Positions 37,587-47,365 of a stretch of 64,000 nt of DNA are shown one piece after another; positions within the stretch are counted from its first letter, which is position 1, and every line of letters begins with the position of its first letter. The stretch is taken from contig OY762721.1 in the NCBI GenBank assembly GCA_963666345.1, forward strand, positions 1,760,001 through 1,824,000, read 5' to 3'. Source of the DNA: Desulfatiglandales bacterium. Lineage in GTDB: Bacteria; Desulfobacterota; DSM-4660; Desulfatiglandales; Desulfatiglandaceae. Position numbers and translations under genes: made by a program. A model generated the notes under the pieces. The model saw nothing but the letters and a program-made list of their open reading frames with translations, had not been told where the DNA came from and ran no database searches.

Positions 37587-39935
37587 CTAATCCAGGATTT
37601 CACGCAGTTTGATCGAAAGCGCCTCCAGGTCAAAGGGCTTCTGAATGAACCCGTCGCAACCCCGTTCAAGGATCTCCGTTGCCTCCCCGTCCAGGCTGTA
37701 CCCGCTGGACAGAAGCACCTTTACGGAGGGATCAATCTCCATGAGGCGGTCATAGGTATCACCGCCGTCCATGCCTGGCATCCTTATATCCAGAATCACC
37801 AGGTCGACCTTTCCGATGTTTTCCGTGTAACTTTCGATAGCCTTTTCTCCGCTGCCGGCTGTCAGCACATCATACCCCAGAGCCTTCAACATGTCATTGC
37901 CTATACCAAGGATCATCTCTTCATCGTCAACAAGAAGTACCGTCTCGCTGCCCTTTAACAGTTCTTTCCCTGTCATTTTTCTTTTTTTCCCCTTTTTATC
38001 CCCTGCCGGAAGAAAAATTTCAAACATGGTTCCTTGTCCCGGTTCACTTTGAATATCTACCATTCCGCCATGATTTTTTATGATTCCATATACAGATGCC
38101 AGACCCAGGCCCGCCCCTCTTTTCATCCGTCTTGTGGTATAAAAGGGATCAAAGGCACGTTTTCTGGCCTTTTCATCCATTCCCACGCCTGTATCTCTAA
38201 CCGATATCCTTACATAATCCCCGGACTTAAGACCCAGTGAACCTCCCTTTTTTGCCCCAAGCAAGGCATTTTCGGTTTCGATAAATATGTCGCCTCCCTC
38301 CGGCATTGAATCAGCGGCATTCACAAAAAGATTTACCAGGGCTGTCTCGATCTGCCCCTTGTCCGCCTCTACGGTTGAAAGATCCTTGGCAAGATTCCTC
38401 CGTATCCTCACATCGCGTCTTGTTCTCCCGAACATATCAGAGGTTACTGTGATAAGGAAGTTAAGATCGGCAGGCAGGACCTCATATTTTCCGCCCCTTG
38501 AAAACCCGAGAAGCTGTTTGTTCAAATCTGAAGCGGTTCTTACATATTCCTCAATTTTCTGCAGGTAACGGCGATTGGGATCATCCGGATCGCTTTTCAA
38601 TTTTAAAAGCGATGCCGACCCCTGGATACCTGTAAGTATGTTATTGAAATCATGCGCAACACCGCCGGCAAGGGTCCCTACCGCCTCCATTTTCTGGGAA
38701 TGAAAAAGCTGAAGCTCAAGTTTTTTCAGCTCTGTGACGTCCCGCAGGAAGTTTAACATAGCGGGGGATCCATTCCAGCTGATGATAACCGAGTTCCCCT
38801 GCAAAAAGACATCTTCGGCCTGCGCGTCTTTTATCCTGAAGGTACCTAGGGTGGGGACAGACTCCCCATCCATCCCCTGACTTCGCCTTTGTTTAAGTTT
38901 TACGCGATCCGCCGGATGAATCATTTCAAGATATTTCATACCCAGAAGCCTATCAAGGTGATACCCTGAAATAGATGCGGCGCTGGCATTGGCATATCTG
39001 ATAACACCGTCCTGTGTGACAACCACCGCATCTATGGCGTTTTCCACAAGCGCACGGTACTTTTCTTCAGATTCCCGCAACGCCTTTTCCGCCTTTTTCC
39101 GCTTTGAGATATCCATGTACACGGCGTATATACCTATAACCTGATCCTCAAAGGTCACCGGCACACCGAAGAATTCGACATCTATAAGGACCCTGTCCTT
39201 TCTATACCTCCTTCCCTCGCCATAAACAGATTCACCCTTTAAGGCCTTTTTGGAAAAATAAGTCGCCTCATCATACAACTCCTCTACCGCGACCACATCA
39301 TCAAGATCCCGGCCTATGAGTTCTGATTCAGCATACTGAAAAAGCCTTTCAAACTGCCGGTTGCAGGAGACAATTTGATGTTTTTCATCCAGGGTGGCAA
39401 TGGCCAGGATATTGTTTTCCAGAAGGGATTCAAGGCACTCCTTTTCCCTTGCAAGCTGCCTTTCATATTCCTTTCTGGCGCTTATGTCCCTTACGATCGC
39501 CTGAAGAAAGACATCCCCTGAAATCTCAAAACGATTCAAAAAGACCTCGCTGTAAAACAGCGTTCCATCGCATCTGGCATGGACCCATTCAAAGGCCTGG
39601 GCGGTTCCGTCCATGGCAAGACGCATCTTTTCCACCGCCTTTTTCTCTGAATTCTCCCCGTCCGGCTGAAGCTCCGGGGAAAGCCGGGCAGGGGATTTAC
39701 CGACGATCTGCTCTCTGGAACAGCCGAACATCCTGAATGTGGCGGGATTACATTCAGTAAAAAGTCCGTCCTTCAGGGTGAATATGGAGGCGTCGGCACT
39801 CTCAAAAAGGGTCCTGAATTTCACCTCTTTCCGGCTCAACAGGGCCACCTGACATTCGAGTTCCTCCACCCTTTTGCTGTATCTTGAAAGCTCATCAAGG
39901 AGCTCATCTTTTGTAAACCCTTTTTGTCCGACCAT
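37587..39935 (-). CDS. multi-PAS hybrid sensor histidine kinase/response regulator
   Basis: Three PAS domains, AHDFNN H-box, HATPase and C-terminal receiver (VDDE, LD, KPF). Confidence 0.95.
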   Translation of the reverse strand: MVGQKGFTKDELLDELSRYSKRVEELECQVALLSRKEVKFRTLFESADASIFTLKDGLFTECNPATFRMFGCSREQIVGKSPARLSPELQPDGENSEKKAVEKMRLAMDGTAQAFEWVHARCDGTLFYSEVFLNRFEISGDVFLQAIVRDISARKEYERQLAREKECLESLLENNILAIATLDEKHQIVSCNRQFERLFQYAESELIGRDLDDVVAVEELYDEATYFSKKALKGESVYGEGRRYRKDRVLIDVEFFGVPVTFEDQVIGIYAVYMDISKRKKAEKALRESEEKYRALVENAIDAVVVTQDGVIRYANASAASISGYHLDRLLGMKYLEMIHPADRVKLKQRRSQGMDGESVPTLGTFRIKDAQAEDVFLQGNSVIISWNGSPAMLNFLRDVTELKKLELQLFHSQKMEAVGTLAGGVAHDFNNILTGIQGSASLLKLKSDPDDPNRRYLQKIEEYVRTASDLNKQLLGFSRGGKYEVLPADLNFLITVTSDMFGRTRRDVRIRRNLAKDLSTVEADKGQIETALVNLFVNAADSMPEGGDIFIETENALLGAKKGGSLGLKSGDYVRISVRDTGVGMDEKARKRAFDPFYTTRRMKRGAGLGLASVYGIIKNHGGMVDIQSEPGQGTMFEIFLPAGDKKGKKRKMTGKELLKGSETVLLVDDEEMILGIGNDMLKALGYDVLTAGSGEKAIESYTENIGKVDLVILDIRMPGMDGGDTYDRLMEIDPSVKVLLSSGYSLDGEATEILERGCDGFIQKPFDLEALSIKLREILD

Positions 39936-40472
39936 TTAACAGCCTCAAATCAGATAAAAACAGCTTAAAATCGCAGACTTAATACCGTACGTTTTTCTCA
40001 CCCCTGCCTTATAGATCTTAGCTATATTATGTTTATATATTTTTACATATTGATAATTTACATATCACAACTTAATGTAAAGCCCAATACAAAAATGTTA
40101 TCTTAAAGTTTCATCAGAAAGAGTCGGTAGATATTGCCGGCTCCGCTTCAACTTGGCCGGACCGGATGATCCAGGGAAAGGTCTCAAAACCTCCTTATTT
40201 GAAAATCCCAAAATTTACAGGCCGACTAAATACCGGTTTTTGAATTTTTCCCGATTTAATCATACAACAGGCAGATCCGATCCCTTACTTCCAAAATCGT
40301 CAGCCAGATTGATGTCTGAATTTACCCCCTTTGCTTCCTTGTCCATATTATGCTATGAACACGACTGTTTCAAACCAGCCACTTTAATACCCTAATATAT
40401 CAATATTAATAGAATACGATCAGGATGGTTACCTCTTTACATGTCCGGGGAACATCATCTTAAGGAGAAGTA

Positions 40473-40856
40473 ATGAACAAATTATTGGTAATAGGTATCG
40501 GAGGATTTCTGGGTTCCATATTCAGGTACATCATCGGCGGATATGTACAGAGATGGTCTGGAAGTATTTATTTTCCCTATGGCACGCTTGCAGTAAATCT
40601 TATAGGCTGTCTTTTGATCGGCATGCTTTCCAGAATGGATGAAATGCGGCATGTAATGTCGCCTGAAACAAGGACCTTGATTTTTATAGGACTTCTGGGT
40701 GCATTTACCACCTTTTCGACCTTCAGCAACGAAACCATAGACCTCATGAACGACAGGAGATTTATTTCTGCTTTCACAAATATAGCTTTTCATATAATAT
40801 TTGGTCTGGCTGCAGTGATGATCGGTAGAGTAACAACATACATCATATGGAGATAG
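40473..40856 (+). CDS. crcB: fluoride efflux channel Fluc/CrcB
   Basis: GGFLGSIFRY, FPYGTLAVN and GLLGAFTTFSTF. Confidence 0.96.
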   Translation: MNKLLVIGIGGFLGSIFRYIIGGYVQRWSGSIYFPYGTLAVNLIGCLLIGMLSRMDEMRHVMSPETRTLIFIGLLGAFTTFSTFSNETIDLMNDRRFISAFTNIAFHIIFGLAAVMIGRVTTYIIWR

Positions 40857-40859
40857 GCA

Positions 40860-41195
40860 ATGGAAATGTCTGAAAGTAGCCAGCTTCTGAGGATCTTTGT
40901 CGGTGAAAGCGACAGACATGAGGGAAGGGCCCTTTACAAGTGGATAGTCCTCAAGGCAAAAGAACAGGGCCTTGCAGGGGCCACCGTGTTAAGAGGCATG
41001 ATGGGTTTCGGCGCCAACAGCAGGATACACACATCCAGAATCCTGCGGCTTTCGGAAGACCTCCCTGTAGTGGTAGAGATTATTGATGAAGAAGAAAAAC
41101 TGAGAAATTTTCTCTCCCTTATCGACCCTGCTATAAAGGAAGGGCTTGCCACCCTTGAAAAGGCACGCGTCCAGATATACAGAAGCAGCAAGTAG
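40860..41195 (+). CDS. DUF190 family PII-like protein
   Basis: LLRIFVGESD, GATVLRG..GFG and LSEDLP; typical crcB partner. Confidence 0.92.
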   Translation: MEMSESSQLLRIFVGESDRHEGRALYKWIVLKAKEQGLAGATVLRGMMGFGANSRIHTSRILRLSEDLPVVVEIIDEEEKLRNFLSLIDPAIKEGLATLEKARVQIYRSSK

Positions 41196-41232
41196 CGCTT
41201 TTTCTCTCACAATCTGCCGGGGGGGTGGCATT

Positions 41233-42150
41233 ATGAAAATTTTCATGACAGGCGCAACAGGCTTTGTAGGCACCGCTCTCACCAAAAGGCTCATATCTGA
41301 GGGACATTCGATCACCCTCCTGACGCGCTCTTTAAAACCAGGAAACCCATTCGGATCTAAGGCAGACTTTGTTGAAGGTGACCCCACGAAAAAGGGAAAA
41401 TGGCAGGAAGAACTCTTGACACACGACGCGGTGATAAACCTTGCCGGGGCATCCATTTTCACCAGATGGAACGATCAGAGCAAAAAAGTCATAATAAACA
41501 GCCGAATCAAAACAACCGAGAACATAGCAGAGGCGATATCAGGGGGGACTGAAGGGCCGGGGATCTTTCTGAGTACATCCGCTGTTGGTTATTATGGATT
41601 TCACGGAGACGAGGAAGTTGACGAAGAAAAGCCGCACGGAAATGATTTCCTTGCCTCCCTTTCAAGGGACTGGGAATCAGCAGCGCTCAAGGTTGATACA
41701 ACAAGGACCCGGACATGCGTATTAAGATTCGGGATAGTATTGGGAAAGGGAGGGGGTGCCCTCAAGATGATGCTCCCCCTCTTCAGGAAGTACCTGGGAA
41801 GCCGGCTTGGAAGCGGAAGACAGTGGTTTTCCTGGATACATATTGAAGACCTCGTAAGGGCGCATCTGTTTGTCTTAGAACAAAGTTCTATTTCGGGGCC
41901 TGTAAACTGCACGGCCCCAAATCCCGTTACAAACAGAGAACTTACGCAAACGCTTGCAAAGGTGCTCGGCAGGCCCTCCTTTCTGCCCCCTGTACCCGCC
42001 TTTGCACTGAGACTTGTAATGGGCGAATTCGGATCGGTCCTGCTCCAGGGCCAGAGGGCCGTTCCCAAAAGGCTCCTTGATTCAGGCTTTCAGTTTACCT
42101 ATCCCTTTCTTGAAAAGGCCCTTGAGGAAATCCTGGCAAAGAAGGCTTAG
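41233..42150 (+). CDS. TIGR01777 family epimerase-like oxidoreductase
   Basis: TGATGFVG, VINLAGA, SAVGYYG and GSGRQWFSWIH. Confidence 0.92.
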   Translation: MKIFMTGATGFVGTALTKRLISEGHSITLLTRSLKPGNPFGSKADFVEGDPTKKGKWQEELLTHDAVINLAGASIFTRWNDQSKKVIINSRIKTTENIAEAISGGTEGPGIFLSTSAVGYYGFHGDEEVDEEKPHGNDFLASLSRDWESAALKVDTTRTRTCVLRFGIVLGKGGGALKMMLPLFRKYLGSRLGSGRQWFSWIHIEDLVRAHLFVLEQSSISGPVNCTAPNPVTNRELTQTLAKVLGRPSFLPPVPAFALRLVMGEFGSVLLQGQRAVPKRLLDSGFQFTYPFLEKALEEILAKKA

Positions 42151-42155
42151 CACTA

Positions 42156-42554
42156 TCAGTCTTCATCCATACCGCTTTCACCCGCACCGATCAGGGGAAG
42201 CTCTTGTTCTATATTGAAAAAGACCAGGAATCGGGTTTTTTCATCTTCCTTTCCGCCTGAATAGCTTCTGCTTCTTAATGAATAGAGAAGCTCTGAGTCC
42301 TGTTCCTCTTTTGTCTTTTTCAAAAACAGCCTTTTACCCTTGTAACCTGCACCCTGTTCCTTGAAAAGATAAGCGGCCCGGCCGTTTGACTGCAGATTTT
42401 TGTGAGTAAGCCTGTCGGCCATTATAAACGCTATGGTACCGTCATCCATGAAATGGGGTTTGGCATAAACGGCCACATCCACCTTTCCCTCGGAATCGGA
42501 TGTCGCCAGCACTCCCATGCCTTTGGTATGTCCAAAATATTCTTTCAGATCCAT
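42156..42554 (-). CDS. pyridoxamine 5'-phosphate oxidase-like FMN-binding protein
   Basis: GVLATSD..G.VDVAVYAKPH and THKNL. Confidence 0.8.
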   Translation of the reverse strand: MDLKEYFGHTKGMGVLATSDSEGKVDVAVYAKPHFMDDGTIAFIMADRLTHKNLQSNGRAAYLFKEQGAGYKGKRLFLKKTKEEQDSELLYSLRSRSYSGGKEDEKTRFLVFFNIEQELPLIGAGESGMDED

Positions 42555-42596
42555 GGGTATCTCCTTTCCTGTTTATATTTCATCCTTTATTTCCGG

Positions 42597-44144
42597 CTAT
42601 TTTTCAGGAGGCAAAGCACATATGTGGTGGAGCCTGGGGGCAAAGCGCTCCGGTCCCTTAATTATAGGAACTCCGGCTTTTTTTGCAATGGATGAAAGCA
42701 TTCCCTTAAAGAGCATCTGGTGAAACGGATAAAACAGGTACCAGTATATCAGTCCGAAAAGACCTCTTGGCAGAAATCTGGACAGCTGTTTGAGTTCCGT
42801 CATGCCTCCTTGTACAGGGGTCAGCTCAAATTCCAGGAGAGCCTCACCTGGAAGTTTCATCTCAGCTGTAAGCCTGAGCGATTTAGGCGCTTCTACTTTC
42901 ATCACCCTCCAGAAATCAAGGGCGTCTCCGGTAAAAAGTTCCACAGGATGCCTTCGGCCGCGCCTCAGACCGATCCCCCCGATCAGGCGGTCAAGGCCCC
43001 CTCTTAATTTCCAGAGTATCTCTCCGTACAACCATCCGTTCGTCCCCCCGAGCCTCTGTATGAAGGGCCACACTTTTTCGGCCGGACCATCCAAAACGAC
43101 ACGGTACCCGCTTTCAAACACCGTTCCCCCTGCATATTGAGCATCCCCGCACTGGCTCCACTCCGGCACGAAGTGCTCCCCCGCATCGGCCCAGCATGTG
43201 GGCACGCTCTGCTCCATGCTTCTCTTAAGCGCTATACTTATAGCCTCCCTGCAGCTCAACAGCTTCTGGGGCACGAGATCCCTTATCCTGTTTTCACTGC
43301 AGATCACAGGGGTCCTGAGTCCCTCTATCAAGGGTCCGGCAAGGGAAGACGGAAGAGGCGTAACAAGGTGAACCCAGTATGAGCTCAATTGGGGGGTAAG
43401 CAGAGGCAGAGGTATTACAAGTCTTTTCTTAAGGCCCGCCTCCCGGGCGTATATCTCCATCAGTTGTCTGTAGGAAACGACATCAGGCCCCCCGATATCG
43501 AATGTATTTCCGGTGGTATCCTCATTTTCGAGGCAACCCTTGAGGTAATTGAGGACATTTCCGATCCCTATCGGCTGGCAAGGCGTATCGACCCATCGGG
43601 GCGTCGTCATTACGGGCAGACGTTCCACCAGGTAACGAAGCATTTCAAAAGACGCACTTCCAGAGCCAAGGATTACGGCCGCTCGCAGGAAGGTGACAGG
43701 GACATCCGACCCGAGAAGGACTGCGACCTCATGCCTTGACCTCAGATGCTCGCTCATAAGCGAGCCTTTCTCCCCCAGCCCCCCCAGGTATATAATCCTT
43801 TTCAGTTTCGCATCTGAGGCGGCCTTTGCCATATTAACAGCGGCCCTTCGGTCGGCTGCGGCAAAATCTCTGTTCCTCGAATTCATGGAATGAACCAGAT
43901 AATAGGCCGACCGGCACCCCTTACATGCCCTTGAAACGGATTCAGGGTCAAACATATCTCCCTGTGCCAACTCCACTGCCGGATGATAGGCCCAGGGGCG
44001 GCATTTAAGCTTGTCAAGGGATCTGCCCATAACACGGACGTTATAGCCTGAATCCAGGAGCAGGGGAACAAGGCGCCCCCCCACATACCCGGTAGATCCC
44101 GTAACAAGGACAGGGCTTGATTTTTCCTGAAATTCGGCAGCCAA
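42597..44144 (-). CDS. YbjT-like atypical SDR with DUF2867 domain
   Basis: VTGSTGYVGGRL, YYLVHSM, GSGSASFE and AEMKLPG; TTG start after AAGGAGG. Confidence 0.9.
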   Translation of the reverse strand: MAAEFQEKSSPVLVTGSTGYVGGRLVPLLLDSGYNVRVMGRSLDKLKCRPWAYHPAVELAQGDMFDPESVSRACKGCRSAYYLVHSMNSRNRDFAAADRRAAVNMAKAASDAKLKRIIYLGGLGEKGSLMSEHLRSRHEVAVLLGSDVPVTFLRAAVILGSGSASFEMLRYLVERLPVMTTPRWVDTPCQPIGIGNVLNYLKGCLENEDTTGNTFDIGGPDVVSYRQLMEIYAREAGLKKRLVIPLPLLTPQLSSYWVHLVTPLPSSLAGPLIEGLRTPVICSENRIRDLVPQKLLSCREAISIALKRSMEQSVPTCWADAGEHFVPEWSQCGDAQYAGGTVFESGYRVVLDGPAEKVWPFIQRLGGTNGWLYGEILWKLRGGLDRLIGGIGLRRGRRHPVELFTGDALDFWRVMKVEAPKSLRLTAEMKLPGEALLEFELTPVQGGMTELKQLSRFLPRGLFGLIYWYLFYPFHQMLFKGMLSSIAKKAGVPIIKGPERFAPRLHHICALPPEK

Positions 44145-44214
44145 AAAAGGCCCTCCTTCCTTTACTCTCCGACTATTGTTAATGCCCTTACAAAACGCCC
44201 GCAGGTAAAATAAA

Positions 44215-45162
44215 CTACGCGTGATTGCGCAGTTTAAGGGCCACGGGATGGGGATCAAGATATGTCTGAATCCCCAGATAGGGCTCCTCATATTTTCTCA
44301 CGAAGTGCCTCAAAAGTGTCAGGGGCATAATAAGGGGCACATAACCTTCCCTGTAGGAATCTATCGATTCCAGCACCTCCTGTTTTTCATCCGGACTGAG
44401 CTGCTTTTTGAAATAACCAAGCATGTGTTGCAGCACATTTGAGTTTTTCCTGACAGTCGATTTGAGCTTCAGGGCCTCCATCATCAGGATTTCATACCGG
44501 CCGTAAAGGTCATTGACATTATATTCCTTCCCGTGACCGACCAGTTTCCCCATGGTTCGGTAATGCTGCGGGCTGTGGGCCATAAACAGAAGCTTGTTGC
44601 GGCTGTGAAAGTCAACCAGTCTTCCAAGCGACTTTTTCCCGGCCCTGACTTCCCTCCATCTTCTGAGGGTAAATATCCTTTCAATAAAATTTTCTCTCAG
44701 CCCCGGGTCATGAAGACGCCCTTCCTCTTCCACCGGTATCAGGGGTAAACGGCCCATAAACACTCCTGCGAACATCCCGACCCCCTTTTTCAAAGGCATG
44801 CCCTTTTCATTGTAGACCTTGACCCGTTCCATGCCGCTGCTTGGTGATTTGCTCTTAAAGATAAAACCGCAGAGATCCTCATTTTCAAGATCCAGGACCC
44901 TCTTTTCGGCGTATCCGAGCATACCTTCCGTGTGATCCACGCCACTCCTTGACGTCACAAGCCTTGGGGATTCCGGATCCCCCACAAGCCTGAGGGCCTC
45001 CCTCGGTATGCCGAGACCGTATTCGACCTCGGGACAGACAGGCACATAGATAACGTACTGACCAAGGGTGTCGGTAAGATAACGATCCTTTTTGTGCCCT
45101 CCGTCATAGCGGACATTTTCCCCCAGCAGACAAGCGCTTATGCCGATCTTTATAGGTTCCAT
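44215..45162 (-). CDS. YbgA family (DUF523/DUF1722; 2-thiouracil desulfurase-like)
   Basis: GISACLLGENVRYDGGHK, CPEVE, KSPS and H..GYFK. Confidence 0.92.
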   Translation of the reverse strand: MEPIKIGISACLLGENVRYDGGHKKDRYLTDTLGQYVIYVPVCPEVEYGLGIPREALRLVGDPESPRLVTSRSGVDHTEGMLGYAEKRVLDLENEDLCGFIFKSKSPSSGMERVKVYNEKGMPLKKGVGMFAGVFMGRLPLIPVEEEGRLHDPGLRENFIERIFTLRRWREVRAGKKSLGRLVDFHSRNKLLFMAHSPQHYRTMGKLVGHGKEYNVNDLYGRYEILMMEALKLKSTVRKNSNVLQHMLGYFKKQLSPDEKQEVLESIDSYREGYVPLIMPLTLLRHFVRKYEEPYLGIQTYLDPHPVALKLRNHA

Positions 45163-45365
45163 GGATACTCCTTTATTTCCCGGACATCATTTTCATCCTG
45201 TTTTATCAACCAAAATGCCATAGCCGCCCTGCTTGTTTTATATCAGCTGGTTTAAGATATAACAATGACTCTTTACTTTCCCTTTAGAACGGTTATGTGT
45301 TATCTATTCGGTGGGTCAACAGATGGATTTGATTCCGTACAATCGCCCGGGAGGAAAAATATCGT

Positions 45366-45800
45366 ATGCGGGATAAGATAATCGACATTTTAAGAAGCAG
45401 GGATATCTGTGTGCTTGCAACGGTTTCAGGCAACAGGCCTCACTGTTCTCTGATGGCCTACAGCACGGACGATAAGTGCGGGGAGCTCTACATGCTTACC
45501 CTGAGGGATACGGAAAAATTCAGAAATCTGAAAGACAACCCCGGAGTAAGTATCCTTATAGATACGAGGGAGGATAACAGGAAGGACCATCGCGTTCAGG
45601 CAAGCGCGCTGACAGTGGAAGGGACTGCCGGGGAGGTTACGGACCCGCCCGACATGAGATTTATCAAGGCAAAACTCCTGGCGGATCATCCCCGGCTAAA
45701 AGAGCTTGCTGACCTGCCTGATTGCACAATCCTGCGTGTTAAGATCGATTCGTTTCTGCTCCTGGACGGCCTCAGGGACGCCCATTACGAAAAGCCCTGA
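45366..45800 (+). CDS. pyridoxamine 5'-phosphate oxidase-like protein
   Basis: CVLATV..NRPHCSLMAY and KFRNLKDNPGVSILID. Confidence 0.85.
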   Translation: MRDKIIDILRSRDICVLATVSGNRPHCSLMAYSTDDKCGELYMLTLRDTEKFRNLKDNPGVSILIDTREDNRKDHRVQASALTVEGTAGEVTDPPDMRFIKAKLLADHPRLKELADLPDCTILRVKIDSFLLLDGLRDAHYEKP

Positions 45801-45833
45801 AATACTTCCACAAAGGGCGTTAGGAGGCCCCTG

Positions 45834-47303
45834 ATGTCTGTCGAGATTCCAAACATAAGGATTAGAAATACCGGCCCGGAAAAACCGGACTTAAAGGGCG
45901 AGTTTGTACTCTACTGGATGACCTCCTATAGAAGAACCGGATGGAACTTCAGCCTGCAAAGGGCGGTTGAAAAAGCCATTGAGCTAGACAGGCCCCTTGT
46001 AATACTTGAGGCTCTCAGGTGCGGTTATAAGTGGGCAAGTGACAGGCTCCACACCTTTATAATAGAGGGAATGGCGGATAACGCGGCAGCGATAAGGAAC
46101 ACCCCCGCATTCTACTACCCCTATCTTGAGCCTCACCGGGATGACGGCAAAGGCCTTTTGGAGGCACTGGCAAAAAAGGCATCTATCGTCATAACAGACT
46201 ACTTTCCCTGTTTTTTCATTCCCAGGATGGTATCGGCCGCCTCAAGAAAAATCAAGGTACCTCTTGAGCTGGTGGATTCAAACGGAATACTGCCTGTTGC
46301 AGCCGCGGACAGGGTCTTTTCCACTGCATACTCATTCAGGCGCTTCCTTCAGAAAAATCTCACCCCCTTTCTCCATGAAATGCCCCTTGAAGACCCCCTG
46401 AAAGAGCTTCCAAAGGCTGTAAAGGCCAAAATCCCCCGGGATATATTTCTAAAATGGCCGCCTGTCGGGGATTCATATCTAAGGGATAAACAAAGGGACC
46501 TTTCCTCATTTCCGATCGACCACGCGGTGACAAGAGGACTTGCCGCCGGGGGGGCAAAAGAGGCAGAGCGTATTATGAAGGATTTTATCGCTTCAGGGCT
46601 TGCCAGGTACCCGGACACACGCAACCAACCTGAAGTTGAAGGAACAAGCGGGCTTTCACCCTATCTGCACTTCGGGCATATATCCGCCCACCAGGTCCTG
46701 CACGGTATCTTTGAAAAGGAATCATGGTTCTTTGACAGGCTTTCCCCAAGGACTTCGGGGGCTCGGAGCGGCTGGTGGGGCATGAGTGAAGCCGCGGAGG
46801 CCTTTCTGGATGAACTCATCACATGGAGGGAACTGGGCTTCAACATTTGCCATTTCAGGGCCGACTACCACATGTACGAATCTCTTCCCGGGTGGGCACT
46901 TGAAACCCTTTATGACCATGAAATGGATGAAAGAAAATATATCTATTCTCTTGCCCGGTTTGAATCGGGCGACACCCATGACCCGCTATGGAACGCAGCC
47001 CAGGTGCAGCTTGTAAGGGAGGGAAGAATTCACAACTACCTTCGCATGCTCTGGGGCAAAAAGATTCTCGAATGGTCACCATCACCGAAACAGGCCCTTG
47101 AGATAATGATTGAGCTTAACAACAAGTACGCCCTTGACGGAAGAGACCCGAATTCCTACAGCGGTATATTCTGGACATTCGGAAGATACGACCGGGCATG
47201 GGGACCCCAAAGGGCCATATTCGGAAAGATTCGATACATGAGTTCAAAAAACACGGCCCGTAAATATGGCGTCAAAAACTACATAAAATGGTACGGCCCT
47301 TAA
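45834..47303 (+). CDS. deoxyribodipyrimidine photolyase (class II-like)
   Basis: VLYWM, SGLSPYLHFGHIS, THDPLWNAAQ, RMLWGKKILEW and DGRDPN. Confidence 0.93.
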   Translation: MSVEIPNIRIRNTGPEKPDLKGEFVLYWMTSYRRTGWNFSLQRAVEKAIELDRPLVILEALRCGYKWASDRLHTFIIEGMADNAAAIRNTPAFYYPYLEPHRDDGKGLLEALAKKASIVITDYFPCFFIPRMVSAASRKIKVPLELVDSNGILPVAAADRVFSTAYSFRRFLQKNLTPFLHEMPLEDPLKELPKAVKAKIPRDIFLKWPPVGDSYLRDKQRDLSSFPIDHAVTRGLAAGGAKEAERIMKDFIASGLARYPDTRNQPEVEGTSGLSPYLHFGHISAHQVLHGIFEKESWFFDRLSPRTSGARSGWWGMSEAAEAFLDELITWRELGFNICHFRADYHMYESLPGWALETLYDHEMDERKYIYSLARFESGDTHDPLWNAAQVQLVREGRIHNYLRMLWGKKILEWSPSPKQALEIMIELNNKYALDGRDPNSYSGIFWTFGRYDRAWGPQRAIFGKIRYMSSKNTARKYGVKNYIKWYGP

Positions 47304-47365
47304 AAGATCGTTTCCGAAAAATCTGTCTTAAAAAGTGCCGAGTCAAAATTTGCCTTGATTAAAAA

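Noticed and set aside
40300..40472. Fluoride riboswitch upstream of crcB
   Set aside because: I could not find the conserved GAUG..YCC / CUGAUGA.RYC pseudoknot pattern; only a weak hairpin near the RBS. cmscan would settle it.
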